The notes beneath the pieces were generated by a model that saw only the letters and a program-made list of their open reading frames with translations, searched no databases and had not been told where the DNA came from. DNA of 64,000 bases from Lama glama (lineage: Eukaryota), in assembly GCA_028534125.1 (NCBI GenBank), contig CM052823.1, forward strand, positions 310,001 to 374,000, read 5' to 3'. Positions 11,122-21,370 of this stretch are shown here, piece after piece; position 1 is the first letter of the stretch; the number at the start of each line of letters is the position of its first letter. The translations under genes were made by a program, and so were the position numbers.

Positions 11122-11998
11122 TAGGGGCTCCCGTCCTGGCTGGAGCTCAGCCAGGCTTCCCCCGCGGTGTCTCCGTCAGGCCTTCTGGGCCCACGCCGCC
11201 CCCGCCAGTCTAAGTCGTGGCCCCTGTCTTCCAGGCCGTGTTGAGGTGGACACCCTGACTCACACAGTCAGGAAGCAGGCTCTGAGAGCGGCCTCGCCCG
11301 TCTCCTGGTCGGTGCGGCTTGAGTGATGGGCCTCCCCGGGGAAGCAGGCTCAGAGGCCCACCGTGCCCTATCCTGGAGCGGCCTGGCGAGCTCCTGCTTC
11401 GGAGCCATGCTCCCAGGGTCGTCAGGGTAGCTCTGGCCACAGCCCCACTTGGACGGTGACGCGCTAGAGCTGCACTGGTCACTGCAGGCCTTCCCCACGA
11501 GTCTGGGACACTTGGTGGCTGCCTTTCAACAGAGATCATAGCCTGTGGCAGTCTTCAAAGACAGAGGGAAATTTGTTTTGCTTATATGATCCCTAGTTCT
11601 CTTTTAAAACTCTCTTATTCAAGCATTTCAATGATTGTGTGAAGTGTGGGAAGTTGACCAAGCTGACACTTAACTTTGGTCGGGCACCCCACAGCGCAGA
11701 ACCGCTGCCTACCGGCCACAGCCTGGGACCCGTGGGGCAGCCTCCCTCCTCCCGGGGCCTCCCGCGTCTTCCTGTGGGACCGGCGAGGCGCTGTGCCCTT
11801 CCTCACAAGGACCTAGTTTGTTGGTGGGCTGGGGTGGGGGTTGAGAGGCTGCCGGACAGCCGCTGGGCCTGTGCTCACAGCGGTGCGTGACGGGGTGCTG
11901 GGCCGGGGAGCCAGGGCCCCGGGGGGCTGTGTAAACTGAGTGCTGGTCTAAGCGCCACTGTCAGGAGTGCCAGGCTCCCCTCCTCACGTCTCTTTTAG

Positions 11999-12125
11999 GC
12001 TCACGGAGTTTGAAGACACCCCCACCAGCCAGCTGACTGTGGACGAGTTCATGAAGATTGACTTGGAGGGGGAGTGCGACCCCCCGTCGTACACAGCCGG
12101 GCAGAGGAAGCTGCGGATGAAGCAG
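11999..12125 (+). CDS. BRF1: BRF1 exon 8
   Basis: [42 protein letters not shown]; tag|G...CAG|gtgag, 127 nt. Confidence 0.97.
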
Positions 12126-12523
12126 GTGAGGCCCTGCCTGCCTGGCTGTGCCCCATCCAGCTCATGGCCACGGCAGAGGTAGCGTTTCACGTTCTCGTTA
12201 CAAAACAGGCGGCTCAGCCACGGAGACCAAAGAGGGTGTGGGTCCACGTGCAGTTTGTGGGGGAGGTGGTGGGGGGGTGCGGGGCCTGGGGGCCCCGAGC
12301 CATCTCGTCAGCCGTCAGGTGCATCTGTGCAGTTTCCAGGGAAGCGCCAGGGCCCAGCTGCTAGCGCCTGCGGGTGGGGACCCTGGGACAGCTCAGTCTC
12401 CTGCTCCCAAGAGCATGCTGCGTCTCAACCCTGGGTCCGCCCCGTTACGGCAAGCTGCACGCCAGGCAGCGGCAGGCCCCAGTCTCCGTCCTCTCTCTGA
12501 CCTTCCTGTCTTTTTCCGAGCAG

Positions 12524-12563
12524 CTGGAGCAAGTCCTGTCCAAACAGCTGGAGGAGGTGGAAG
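12524..12563 (+). CDS. BRF1: BRF1 exon 9
   Basis: LEQVLSKQLEEVE(G); acceptor is a GAGCAG tandem; donor gtaac; 40 nt. Confidence 0.93.
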
Positions 12564-12648
12564 GTAACAGCCAACCTCACTGTGCAGATGCCACGGGCCC
12601 TCATGGGGGTGGCGCCTGTGCTTACCTCTGGCCTTTAACCTGCCTCAG

Positions 12649-12741
12649 GAGAGATATCCAGCTACCAGGATGCAATTGAGATCGAACTAGAGAACAGCCG
12701 GCCCAAGGCAAAGGGGGCCCTGGCCAGCCTGACCAAAGACG
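12649..12741 (+). CDS. BRF1: BRF1 exon 10
   Basis: [30 protein letters not shown]; cag|GA...G|gtaagt, 93 nt. Confidence 0.96.
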
Positions 12742-13138
12742 GTAAGTCAGCCCTGTGTCCGCTCTCGCCTGTGCCCAGCGGCCCTCCTGCCGCGGGCCCT
12801 CACCCGCCCCCTCTCCGCTTCCACCCCAGGCCTTGAGCGCATGCTGGGCATCAGCCGCTCCCAGGACACCCAGGCCACCGTGTCCCCCGCTTCCAGCCCT
12901 GTCCCGGGCATCTCCTTGGTAGCTGAGCCTCTCAGACCAGGCTCCCCCCGCTGCCCTCGGGCACGCGATCCTCCCCAGATGCTGCCTGTGGAGGGGAGCT
13001 CAGCCCTGGCTGTGCCCCATCCACCCTGGTCCCTGCCCACTCTTTGCCGGCACTGGCTGGCTGGTCCTTGCAGTTCGTGCACCCCTGTTTCTGGCTCGGG
13101 GCCATGCAGAGCTACCCGGGCGCCTCCCTGGCTCTCCT

Positions 13139-13182
13139 GGACCAGGACCAGGACCGGGACCGGGACCGGGACAAGGACCAGG
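13139..13182 (+). repeat. Hexamer tandem repeat (GGACCR)~7
   Basis: GGACCA GGACCA GGACCG GGACCG GGACCG GGACAA GGACCA GG. Confidence 0.9.
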
Positions 13183-13559
13183 CGTGGGGTAGTGTGCGTT
13201 GCCAGTTTTTCAGTCCAGTAGGCGGGCACCTTCTCACGTCCTTGCCTGGGGGTGGTTTTCGTTTCTCACACGATCCTAGAGACAGCTGTCCACTGCCCGC
13301 GCTCCCAGCTCTCGCTCCGTCTATCCGCCTGGGGAAGGTTGGCCCGACCTCCTCCCGCGAGCAGGTGTCCCCGCCGTCTGCTTTTCTCCAGGCGGGCCGC
13401 AGCCCGTGCACCACGAGGGCGTGTCCCCTCCCACGGCCCCCACCCGCTGCCTGGGCGACACTGGCTTCAGGTGTGGCTTCGGGCACCGCTTCTGCCCTTC
13501 GCAGCTCTGCACTGACTGTTTCACGTGATTAGCTACGTTTGGTAGAAACAGTGGCGTCT

Positions 13560-15260
13560 TAGCCACTCACAGTCTTAGGCCTGAATGTCTTGCTCCCACC
13601 TGGCGCGTTGCTTGGCCCTTCAGTGCCATGCTGCGTCTTGGTGGTGACGGCCAGCGCGTCGCCCGGCTTCCCCAAAGGGCCCCAGTGTGGCCCCGGGACA
13701 CACGGCACAGGCTGTGGGCCACAGTGCTGCGTTATCCTGAAAAGGAAACACCTACTCGCCGCTTCACCAAGCCTTCCTCTCCGCCACAAGCCTGTGTTTC
13801 TGATGTCGCAGGGTCTGTGGAGAGAACACAGGGTTCTCAGGGGTCGATAAACGCGCTGAGCCCACCTCGGTCCCCGGAAGGCCTCCCGCGGCCGGACGGC
13901 ACGCCTCGGCCCTAAGGCCGCAGTGTTGTCCCGCCAAGGCCAGGACACTTTTATACAGAACTGAACAAAGTTGTGTCTTGCAATGCTTTCGACTTTATTG
14001 TTTCTGTGTTTTTCTTTCTTGTTTTGCATAGTTTGTTCCCTGATTTTTCCCCCTAGCTAGGTTATCGATCTCCCGTTGAACCTAGTCTTGCGTTCACTTA
14101 CTGATTCTGCGGCTTCCTGTGTGCTGAGTCAGGGACCCCGCTTCCCCTGCTCTCTGTCTTCCTCGAGGCTGCCCTTCTGTGTGCTGAGTCCGGTCCTGGG
14201 TGACAGGTTTCCTCGCGCAGGGCAGGGCGCCCCGTGCGTTGGAGCTGCGACCCGCAGGGCCGACATGAGATGCTTCCTGCTGTTCACGGTCTCAGATCGT
14301 TTCCCTCTGGCGCTCAGAGTCGAGAGGGAGACCAGAGTGGGGGCGGGTGGGCTGCTTTCTGACGCTGTTGTGAACGACCGCACGTGCTGCATTGTGACGG
14401 GGCGTTGCCGGCATGTCCCTCCTTTGTGCCACCAACTGCGCACGTGGCCGGGTGGGTCCCTGGCTGGGGACGCCGGGGTGCTTGGGGAGGAGGCCCTGCT
14501 CCGGCCCAGCCGGGTGGGCTCTGCCTCTGCTGGGTGTCTCGCTGCTGACGTAGTCGTCGGGGTCTGTGGTCCTCTGCAGGACGGAGGTGGTCACCATTTT
14601 CCCACCGAGGTGGGCTCGGTTTCGGTGCCTGGCGCCATCAGCGGACCTGAGCGCACGCCCTGGTGCCTCCACGTCTGCTGCTCTGCTCCGCCGGCCCCCC
14701 GGTCGCTCCACCTGTGTCTTCCTCTTCTGGAGGCAAGCGGCCAGGCTCTGCCTCCTGGTCCAGCTGAAGAGCCTTTCCTCCTCTTTCTGCGGCGGGAGCT
14801 CTTTAGTGTCTGCTGTGCCTTTTGCACGGTGTTCTCTGGACCCTGTACTTGTCCAAGGGGTGTCCTTTCTGTGGTTTCTTCCCTCCTCTCTTGGGCAGCA
14901 CCTGCTTGCACCTTCCCTGCTGGGCTGTGAGTGACGGCTGGTGTGTCGAGGGGCCACTTGTCTCCTCCCGTTTCAGCTTCTTGCACACTTCTCTGCCTGG
15001 CGACATGGTTGGGGTCGTGTCCCTGCAGTTTGGTCGTCTGGGCCGTTTCCACGTCTCGTTGTGTCCTGCACTCCTGTCTGTCCGGGCCTGAGCTCAAGTT
15101 AAGAGGAGGTGTCTGGCCTGCCATGGGTCACGGTGTTGCAGCTCTGATCCGTGGGCTCCTCACGGACCAGTCTCCAAGCCCCCTAGCCCTGCTGAGGAGG
15201 GCCTGCCTGGCGAGGAAGCCGCCGCAGTCCCCACGCATGTTCTTTTCCTTGCTTGTCTCT
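13560..15260 (-). mobile_element. Highly degraded, GC-shifted L1-like remnants in a BRF1 intron
   Basis: Pyrimidine-rich + strand with antisense L1-like phrasing; approximate. Confidence 0.35.
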
Positions 15261-15859
15261 GCCATCAGGAGGTGCTGCGAGGAGGAGGGGGCTGGGCTGG
15301 TGGGGCAGCAGCTGGAGCAAAGGTCGGGGGGACCAGTCCACGGACGCCGGTGGGAGTCCTTCCCTCAGGACGTGTGTGCCAAGTGCTGGCCCTCCTGCGG
15401 GATGTGTGCCGGCGCACAGCAGTGAGGCGGCGTCCTGGGGGGCTGGGGAGGGGCCGAGCCGGGGGCCGTGCAGACCGTTGCCCTGCCTGGCGCATCCCTT
15501 GAACGGGACCACGCGGGGGAGCCCTGGCCCTCCCCCGGATTGTCTCTCGGCGCAGCCGTGCCAGACCCCTCCTGTGGAGCGCTGGCCCACGTGCGAGCCT
15601 GGGCCTGGGCCCTCGGCTCGGTCCCAGACTTGGACTTGTGCCCAGAACCACTGTGAACGTTCGTGCCGGCGTCGTCTCCTTGGCTCTCAGGAGAGCGCTG
15701 AGGGTGGGCCTGCTGGGTCAGCACCCAGTCTGCAGGCGGCCGTCTGGCTGTTTCCCAGCAGGCGCCCCTCGCCGCAGCGGGCTTGCCCAGCGGCAGTTCT
15801 CTGGGTGGGATGTGGTGCCTCCGCCCCGCTGTCCCCCACGGGGGCTCTGCTGTAGTCCC

Positions 15860-16200
15860 CAGTCCCGTCTCTTGCCCGTGGCTTATCGGGTTGCGTGTTA
15901 CCTTCTTACGGGGTTTTGAGTCATTTACATGTCCAGAGACACATCCTTCATCAGATCTGTGACTTCAGGCAAGTCTGCAGGGCGTCTTTTTGTTCCCTTA
16001 GCAGTGTCTTTCAGAGGCCAAGTTCTCGACTTTGACGAAATCTGATTTTTCAGTGCTTCGTGGATTCTGCGTTCAGCATCCCATCTGGGAAGTTTTTGCC
16101 TGACCCATAGTCATGTTTCCTCCCGTGTTCTCTCTGAGTGTCTGTACTTCCAGCTGTCAGGTTGATGTCTGGTCCCCCCAGCATCAGTGTGAGGTGTGGG
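15860..16200 (-). mobile_element. L1 ORF2 3' fragment
   Basis: GTCCAGAGACACATCCTTCATCAGAT...CAGTGTCTTTCAGAGGCCAAGTT...TTTTTGCCTGACCC; same L1 region as 6400-6700. Confidence 0.65.
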
Positions 16201-16325
16201 CCGGGCCGTGGGCTCACCTCCTGGCCTCAGCGCCCTGTGCAGTGGGCAGAAATGCTCCACCTCAGCGAGCGGGCCACCTGGCCTCCCGCCCGGCTCTCAG
16301 GTGGTGTGTGCGCTTGTGTCCCTAG

Positions 16326-16595
16326 GCTCTGTCGAGGACACCACGTCCAGTGTGTTTGGCGAGGAGGACGCCGAGGACGAGGAGCTGGAGGCCGCCGCCA
16401 GCCACCTGAACAAGGACTTCTACAGGGAGCTCCTTGGTGGTGGCCTTCCTGGCAGCTCAGAGGTGGCGGGGGGCCCTGAGGGGCATGGCAGGCCCCCCGC
16501 CCTGGAGTCCCTCCTCGGCCCCCTGCCCACAGCTGCCAGCCTGGGCATCTCGGACTCCATCCGAGAGTGCATCTCCTCCCAGAGCCGAGACCCCA
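16326..16595 (+). CDS. BRF1: BRF1 exon 11
   Basis: [36 protein letters not shown]...[25 protein letters not shown]; tag|GC...A|gtgagt, 270 nt. Confidence 0.95.
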
Positions 16596-17875
16596 GTGAG
16601 TACTGGGGGCTGGGGGGAGGATGCAGGGCTCCTCCGGGTGGGTGGAAGGTGGGGTGCTGCTTGGAGGGCAGGCTTCTGGAAGGGCAGGCTTGGGAGGGGC
16701 ACTGCAGCCCCACTGCAGGGCTGTGTGAGCGGCCGGCCACCCTGCTGTGCCAACACCCTGGATGGCCAGGAGGGCTTCTCACCATCTTGGGGACCCTCCT
16801 CCAGTGGCCAGAGCCCTCTGTCCGGGGGCTGTGACTGCAGGCTCCTTCCTGCCCCTGGGCAACTCAGGAGGTGTCAGTGCAGAGGCCTCCTGTGAATCTC
16901 AGCTGAGAAGTCACGGGCCCTAACCCTAACCCCCTCCCTGTCCCCTGCATGTCTAGTCTGGTGGGAAAGCATCGGCTGAGCTCCCCGTCTCCATGAGTTA
17001 GACGGACACTGCCCGCCAGGCTCCAGTGCCCACAGTGATGGAGCCCTGAGCAGGGTGACAGTTGCTGCCACCCCCTGGGGAGGCCTGGAATGCAGGCAGC
17101 TCCAGGAGGAGGGCGGGTTTGGTTCCATCTGGTTCACTGCGAGCCCTGGCCCTGCCTCCTCTCCGAGGCTGAGGGTCTGCCTCTGTGTGCGAGGAGCCCA
17201 CGTAGGGGAACACTATTCAGAGGCACGTTCAGCTGCTCAGGTGTTCGCCCTGCGCCCTGTATGAGTGAAGCCCCAGGCGGGTCCCACGCTGTACCCAGTG
17301 GGGGCATGTGCAAAAGCCCTGAGGCAGCTAAGGGTGCTCTGACCTTGGAGCAGAAGAGGCCCTTCTGACTGGAGCTGAGACAGGGAGGGGAGCGAGGCAG
17401 ACCCCAGAGGGGCACTGGGTGCGTCTGAGCACCAGGTGTCCTCGCGGGACCTCAGCTGTGGAGCGACAACATGGCAGGAGAGCCCGGGAGGTCTGCCGTT
17501 GGGGTGAAATAGGCTCAGCAGAGGGCTGCCAGGTGCTGAAGGGGTGGTGGGCGGGAGGGCCAGCCCCAGTTTCTGGGCCGTGCACTTTGTGCTGTTGACG
17601 CAGCTTGGGCAGAAGAGGATGGCTGAGGTGTTGGGGGTGTCCTGAGCACAGCCACAGCCAGGAGGGCATGAGGACAGGGGTTTCCCCTGTGGGTTAGCGT
17701 CCTGCTTCCTCCACGAGGTGCTGGGGTGAGTCTCGTCCCCTGTGCCCTGCATTCGCGGGGCCCGCCAGTGGCCAGGAGGAGGCGTGTTCCAGAAGCCCTA
17801 GCCGCACCCCCAAGTCCTGTGATGGCCCAGGTGGCATGGAAGGTGGCCCTGAACGCAGACTGTGCTTCCCTCCAG

Positions 17876-17937
17876 AGGACGCGTGCGGGGACGGTGAGCT
17901 GGACCTCAGTGGCATCGATGACCTGGAGATCGACAGG
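17876..17937 (+). CDS. BRF1: BRF1 exon 12
   Basis: (K)DACGDGELDLSGIDDLEIDR; start of the BRF1 TBP-binding block; 62 nt. Confidence 0.96.
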
Positions 17938-18337
17938 GTGAGCGCCGTGGCCATGGGTTGCTTGGGGCTCCCAGCTAGTCCCGCAGTGCTTGTCCCCCGC
18001 CAGCGGGGAGCCTCTCCACCAGCCACCTTGTCTGAGGTCACCTGCATGTGCTTAAGTTGGTGTCCTGAGCCCTCAGCTCAGTGCCTTCTCGGGGGCCCTC
18101 CCTGCGCTCTGGCTGGCCCAGCGCCTGCGCCTGCAGGGCCTGTGAGCTGCCAGCCGGGGGGCAGGTGCAGTGCTGGTTCACGGATGCAGCCCTCAGGCTG
18201 GCCTGGGAAAGGTGAGGGTCTCCACACATGTTCCCTCTTGGGTCGGAGGCCTGCGTCCTGCCCATCATGTAGAAGGGGAGCATGTTTGTGGCTGAGACTG
18301 GAATGTGCCGTCTGAGGGACGCTCTGCTCTGCCCCAG

Positions 18338-18419
18338 TACATCCTGAATGAGGCAGAGGCCCGCGTGAAGGCCGAGCTGTGGACACGGGAGAATGCTGAG
18401 TACCTTCGGGAGCAGAGGG
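18338..18419 (+). CDS. BRF1: BRF1 exon 13
   Basis: [27 protein letters not shown]; 82 nt, AG/GT flanks. Confidence 0.96.
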
Positions 18420-18499
18420 GTGAGTGCCCACCCAGGTGTCCTGGGGTGCCACCTCGCTGACCCCACCCGCCCGGCTGACCCCACTGCTCTGCCTTCCAG

Positions 18500-18555
18500 A
18501 GAAGGAAGCAAGAATAGCGAAGGAGCGGGAGCTTGGCATCTACAAGGAGCACAAG
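18500..18555 (+). CDS. BRF1: BRF1 exon 14
   Basis: EKEARIAKERELGIYKEHK; 56 nt. Confidence 0.95.
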
Positions 18556-18775
18556 GTGGGGCGTCCCCCACTCCCCGGGGCCCGGGAGGCCTGCTTGGGG
18601 CCCAGCCCGGCCGGGGGTCTGCGCAGGGGCTGTGGGCAGATGGCAGCCACCCAGGCGCTCGCTCACCAGGGCGGCTCAGGCTTCCCAGTAGCCCCTGGCT
18701 GCTTGAGCCCCTGCCCCCTGGAGCCCGGCTGGCGCTGAGGCCCACAGAAAGAATGACTTTTGTGTTTCCATTGAG

Positions 18776-19032
18776 CCCAAGAAGTCTTGCAAGCGACGGG
18801 AGCCCATCCAGGCTAGCACGGCTGGGGAGGCCATCGAGAAGATGCTGGAGCAGAAGAAAATCTCCAGCAAGATCAACTATAGCGTGCTCCGGGACCTGGA
18901 CAGCAAGGCCGGGGCCAGCCTGCCCAGGGAGGACGCCCGGCCCGAGGAGCAGGCCCCAGCCAAGAAGCTGCCTCGGAGGAAAACGTCTGCCAGCAGGAGC
19001 GGGGCTGGTCCCGGGACCAGCGTGGGGAAAAG
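18776..19032 (+). CDS. BRF1: BRF1 exon 15
   Basis: [38 protein letters not shown]...SVGKR; uses a GAG acceptor; 257 nt. Confidence 0.93.
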
Positions 19033-19676
19033 GTACCGGGTGGGCTGGGGCCCGGGCCATGCAGAGGCGCTTGGGGAGTGTTGGCCACCTGAGTGCTAGG
19101 AACCATTGCTGGTGTCCGGCAGGCCCCTGCTGCCCCGGCCAGGGCCGAGGAGGGGCTCCAGCCCCGGAAGGGCTCCCGTGGCATCAGGGCCTGTTGTGTT
19201 TCAAGGAACAGTGGGCCAGGCTGATTCTCCATCCCAGGAGTTGGTTCTCCTGGGTGTCCCCCGCGCCTGCCCCGCTCTCATCCCCTGCTCACTGCCGGTC
19301 AGGGGGGTTGGCTAGAGGAGACAGGAGTAGTGGCCGCAGTGTCACTCCCGATGGGGGCAGGCGGGCAGGGGCCACCACCCTGCAGAGATGGTCCGGGCAG
19401 CTCTGTGGCCTGTGTGCGGCTGAGGGCACAGAGGGGACTCGCCTGGATCGGAGACGGGCGGAGACGTGAGACCTGTGGGTCTGCGAGGGAGCCTGGCACG
19501 AGGGGAGCCTGGGGTGGGAGGGCTGCCAGGCCTGGAGCCCGGGTGAAGGAGCAGGCAGGCCACAGCGGGGCCTGGGGTGGACGGGACCCAGAGGGGCGGG
19601 GCGGCGGGGCTCTGCCCCCCCACGTCGCCCAGATGTGCTATAGTGGCTGAGGCCGTCATGCTGTGCTCTCTTCCAG

Positions 19677-19728
19677 GTTGAGGCCGATGGTGTCACCGCA
19701 GCTGGCTAAGAAGGTGGCTGTCGGGGAG
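19677..19728 (+). CDS. BRF1: BRF1 exon 16
   Basis: LRPMVSPQLAKKVAVGE; cag|G...GAG|gtgcg, 52 nt. Confidence 0.93.
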
Positions 19729-20345
19729 GTGCGTGGTGCCGAGACTGTGGGAAGCAGTGGCTGAGGATGGGCTGATGGGGATGGAGCATCGGCACTGCCG
19801 CTCTGGCTGTCCCAGCCCCGGCAGAGGGGCCTGTGGCCCAGGGTGGCCCCGGGGACAAGTGCCCTGGGAGCTGGAGGCCACTGGTGTGCAGCAGTGTCCA
19901 GCATTGCCCCCAGGCCAGCGTGCAGCCATCCAGGCTCCTCTGTGTGGGAAGCAAGGCCCAGCCCCAGGGTCCATCCCGGCCAGTGTTGGGCCTTCCCTCT
20001 TCCCTTGTCTGGGGACTGGAGGCCTTCCTCTTAACGTCAGGATCCTGGTCTGGACCAGGAAATGAAAGTGAGGGGAGGGAGGGCCCCTAGGCAGCTGCAG
20101 GGCAGGATGGGGTCGCGGGGGGCAGCCTGTGCTCCAGGCCCCCTCCTTGGGCAGGGGCCCTCCTTCCTCCGGCAAGGCCTCAGCAGGAATGAAGAGTTTT
20201 CTGGAAGCTCCTGGGTGTGCACGGGGCGAGGGGAGAGGCCACGGGGCTCGGGGGTCCTTGCTGACTGCTCTTGGAAGGTGGGAAGGGTCCCCAGCGGGGA
20301 GCTGTGCTCCGCCCTGTCCCCAGCTTGTCCCCTCACCCGCCGCAG

Positions 20346-20517
20346 GCCTTGCTCCCAAGCCCCTCCTCCCTGGAGGCTGAGCCCGGCGGGCCCACGGCAG
20401 TCGTGGTGGAGAGCGGGCCAGTGTCGTACCACCCCGAGGAGGACGCAGATGAGGAGGACGCGGACGAGGAGGACGGCGAGCCCTGTGTCAGCGCCTTGCA
20501 GATGATGGGGGGCGACG
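20346..20517 (+). CDS. BRF1: BRF1 exon 17
   Basis: [57 protein letters not shown]; 172 nt. Confidence 0.95.
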
Positions 20518-20938
20518 GTGAGGGGCTCTGCACACTGTTTCACCCGGGAGGAAACTTGAACTGAGTCTTGGTAGGAGTGGCCATACTGGTTTTAAGGCCA
20601 AGGGTGCTCAGAGGAGCTGGCCGGGCCTGGCTGCTGTGAAGGCTGTGAGCTCTGGGCTTGCCGGGCAGGGGCTGCCTGGCCAGCAGAGAAAAGCTGCACC
20701 CGCCGTATTGCTCATGGGACCTGCCAGGGTGAAAGGACTGCAGTGGTCTCCAGCGATGATGTGTGACCGAGGCTGTGCTAGAGCCCTGAGGGGGCAGCCG
20801 TGGCCACGCTGGTGGTGGGCAGGGGTGTGGCCACTCCTAGGCACGCAGGGGGGTGCGGGAGTCGCGGCGGGTGGCACCTGGGCTCCTTGACCTCACGGCA
20901 CTCCTCCGGCACCCGTGACTGTTTCTTGTGCTTTGCAG

Positions 20939-20976
20939 ATTACGGCTGTGATGGTGATGAGGACGATGGCTACTGA
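20939..20976 (+). CDS. BRF1: BRF1 terminal coding exon (18)
   Basis: ttgcag|AT TAC GGC TGT...; DYGCDGDEDDGY-TGA, the characteristic BRF1 C-terminus. Confidence 0.96.
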
Positions 20977-21309
20977 GGCGTGACCTTGCGGCCGGCAGCC
21001 TTTGGCGGTGGCCCCCGTTGGTGTCTCATCAAGGATCAGTCAGGGTCTTTGATGCCAGGGCCCGCAGGCATGTGTGCCCAGACTCCCCGTGACAAGATGG
21101 GCGCTGCCCCGCCGGCTCCGTGCGCCTCATCCACAGCTGCACGAGGCTTCCACGGCACTTGCTGTTGGGACCACGTTCTGAGCAGTGTCAGGAGTGTTTC
21201 TGCCCAGCAGGGGGCACCGGATCGGATGTCTGTGTGTGTCTGGTCAGAGGTGGGTCTCACGGCCCAAGAACCCTTGCAGAAACCCTTGCGCGAGGGCACT
21301 GTCACGTCC

Positions 21310-21370
21310 CATGGAAGAAATCTGAGGCACAGGGAGGTACAGCCACTTTCCCAAGCGAGTGGAGGGCCAG
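21310..21370 (+). mobile_element. MIR core remnant in the BRF1 3' region
   Basis: ATGGAAGAAATCTGAGGCACAGGGAGGT...ACTTTCCCAAG resembles the MIR core. Confidence 0.5.

Noticed and set aside
13139-13182. Repeat array as CRISPR-like or as a coding DR/DQ repeat
   Set aside because: A simple intronic hexamer repeat without spacers in eukaryotic DNA; no CRISPR, rRNA or operon-like systems were seen in the window.
16918-16932. CCCTAACCCTAACCC telomere-like motif
   Set aside because: Only 2.5 units; expected by chance.
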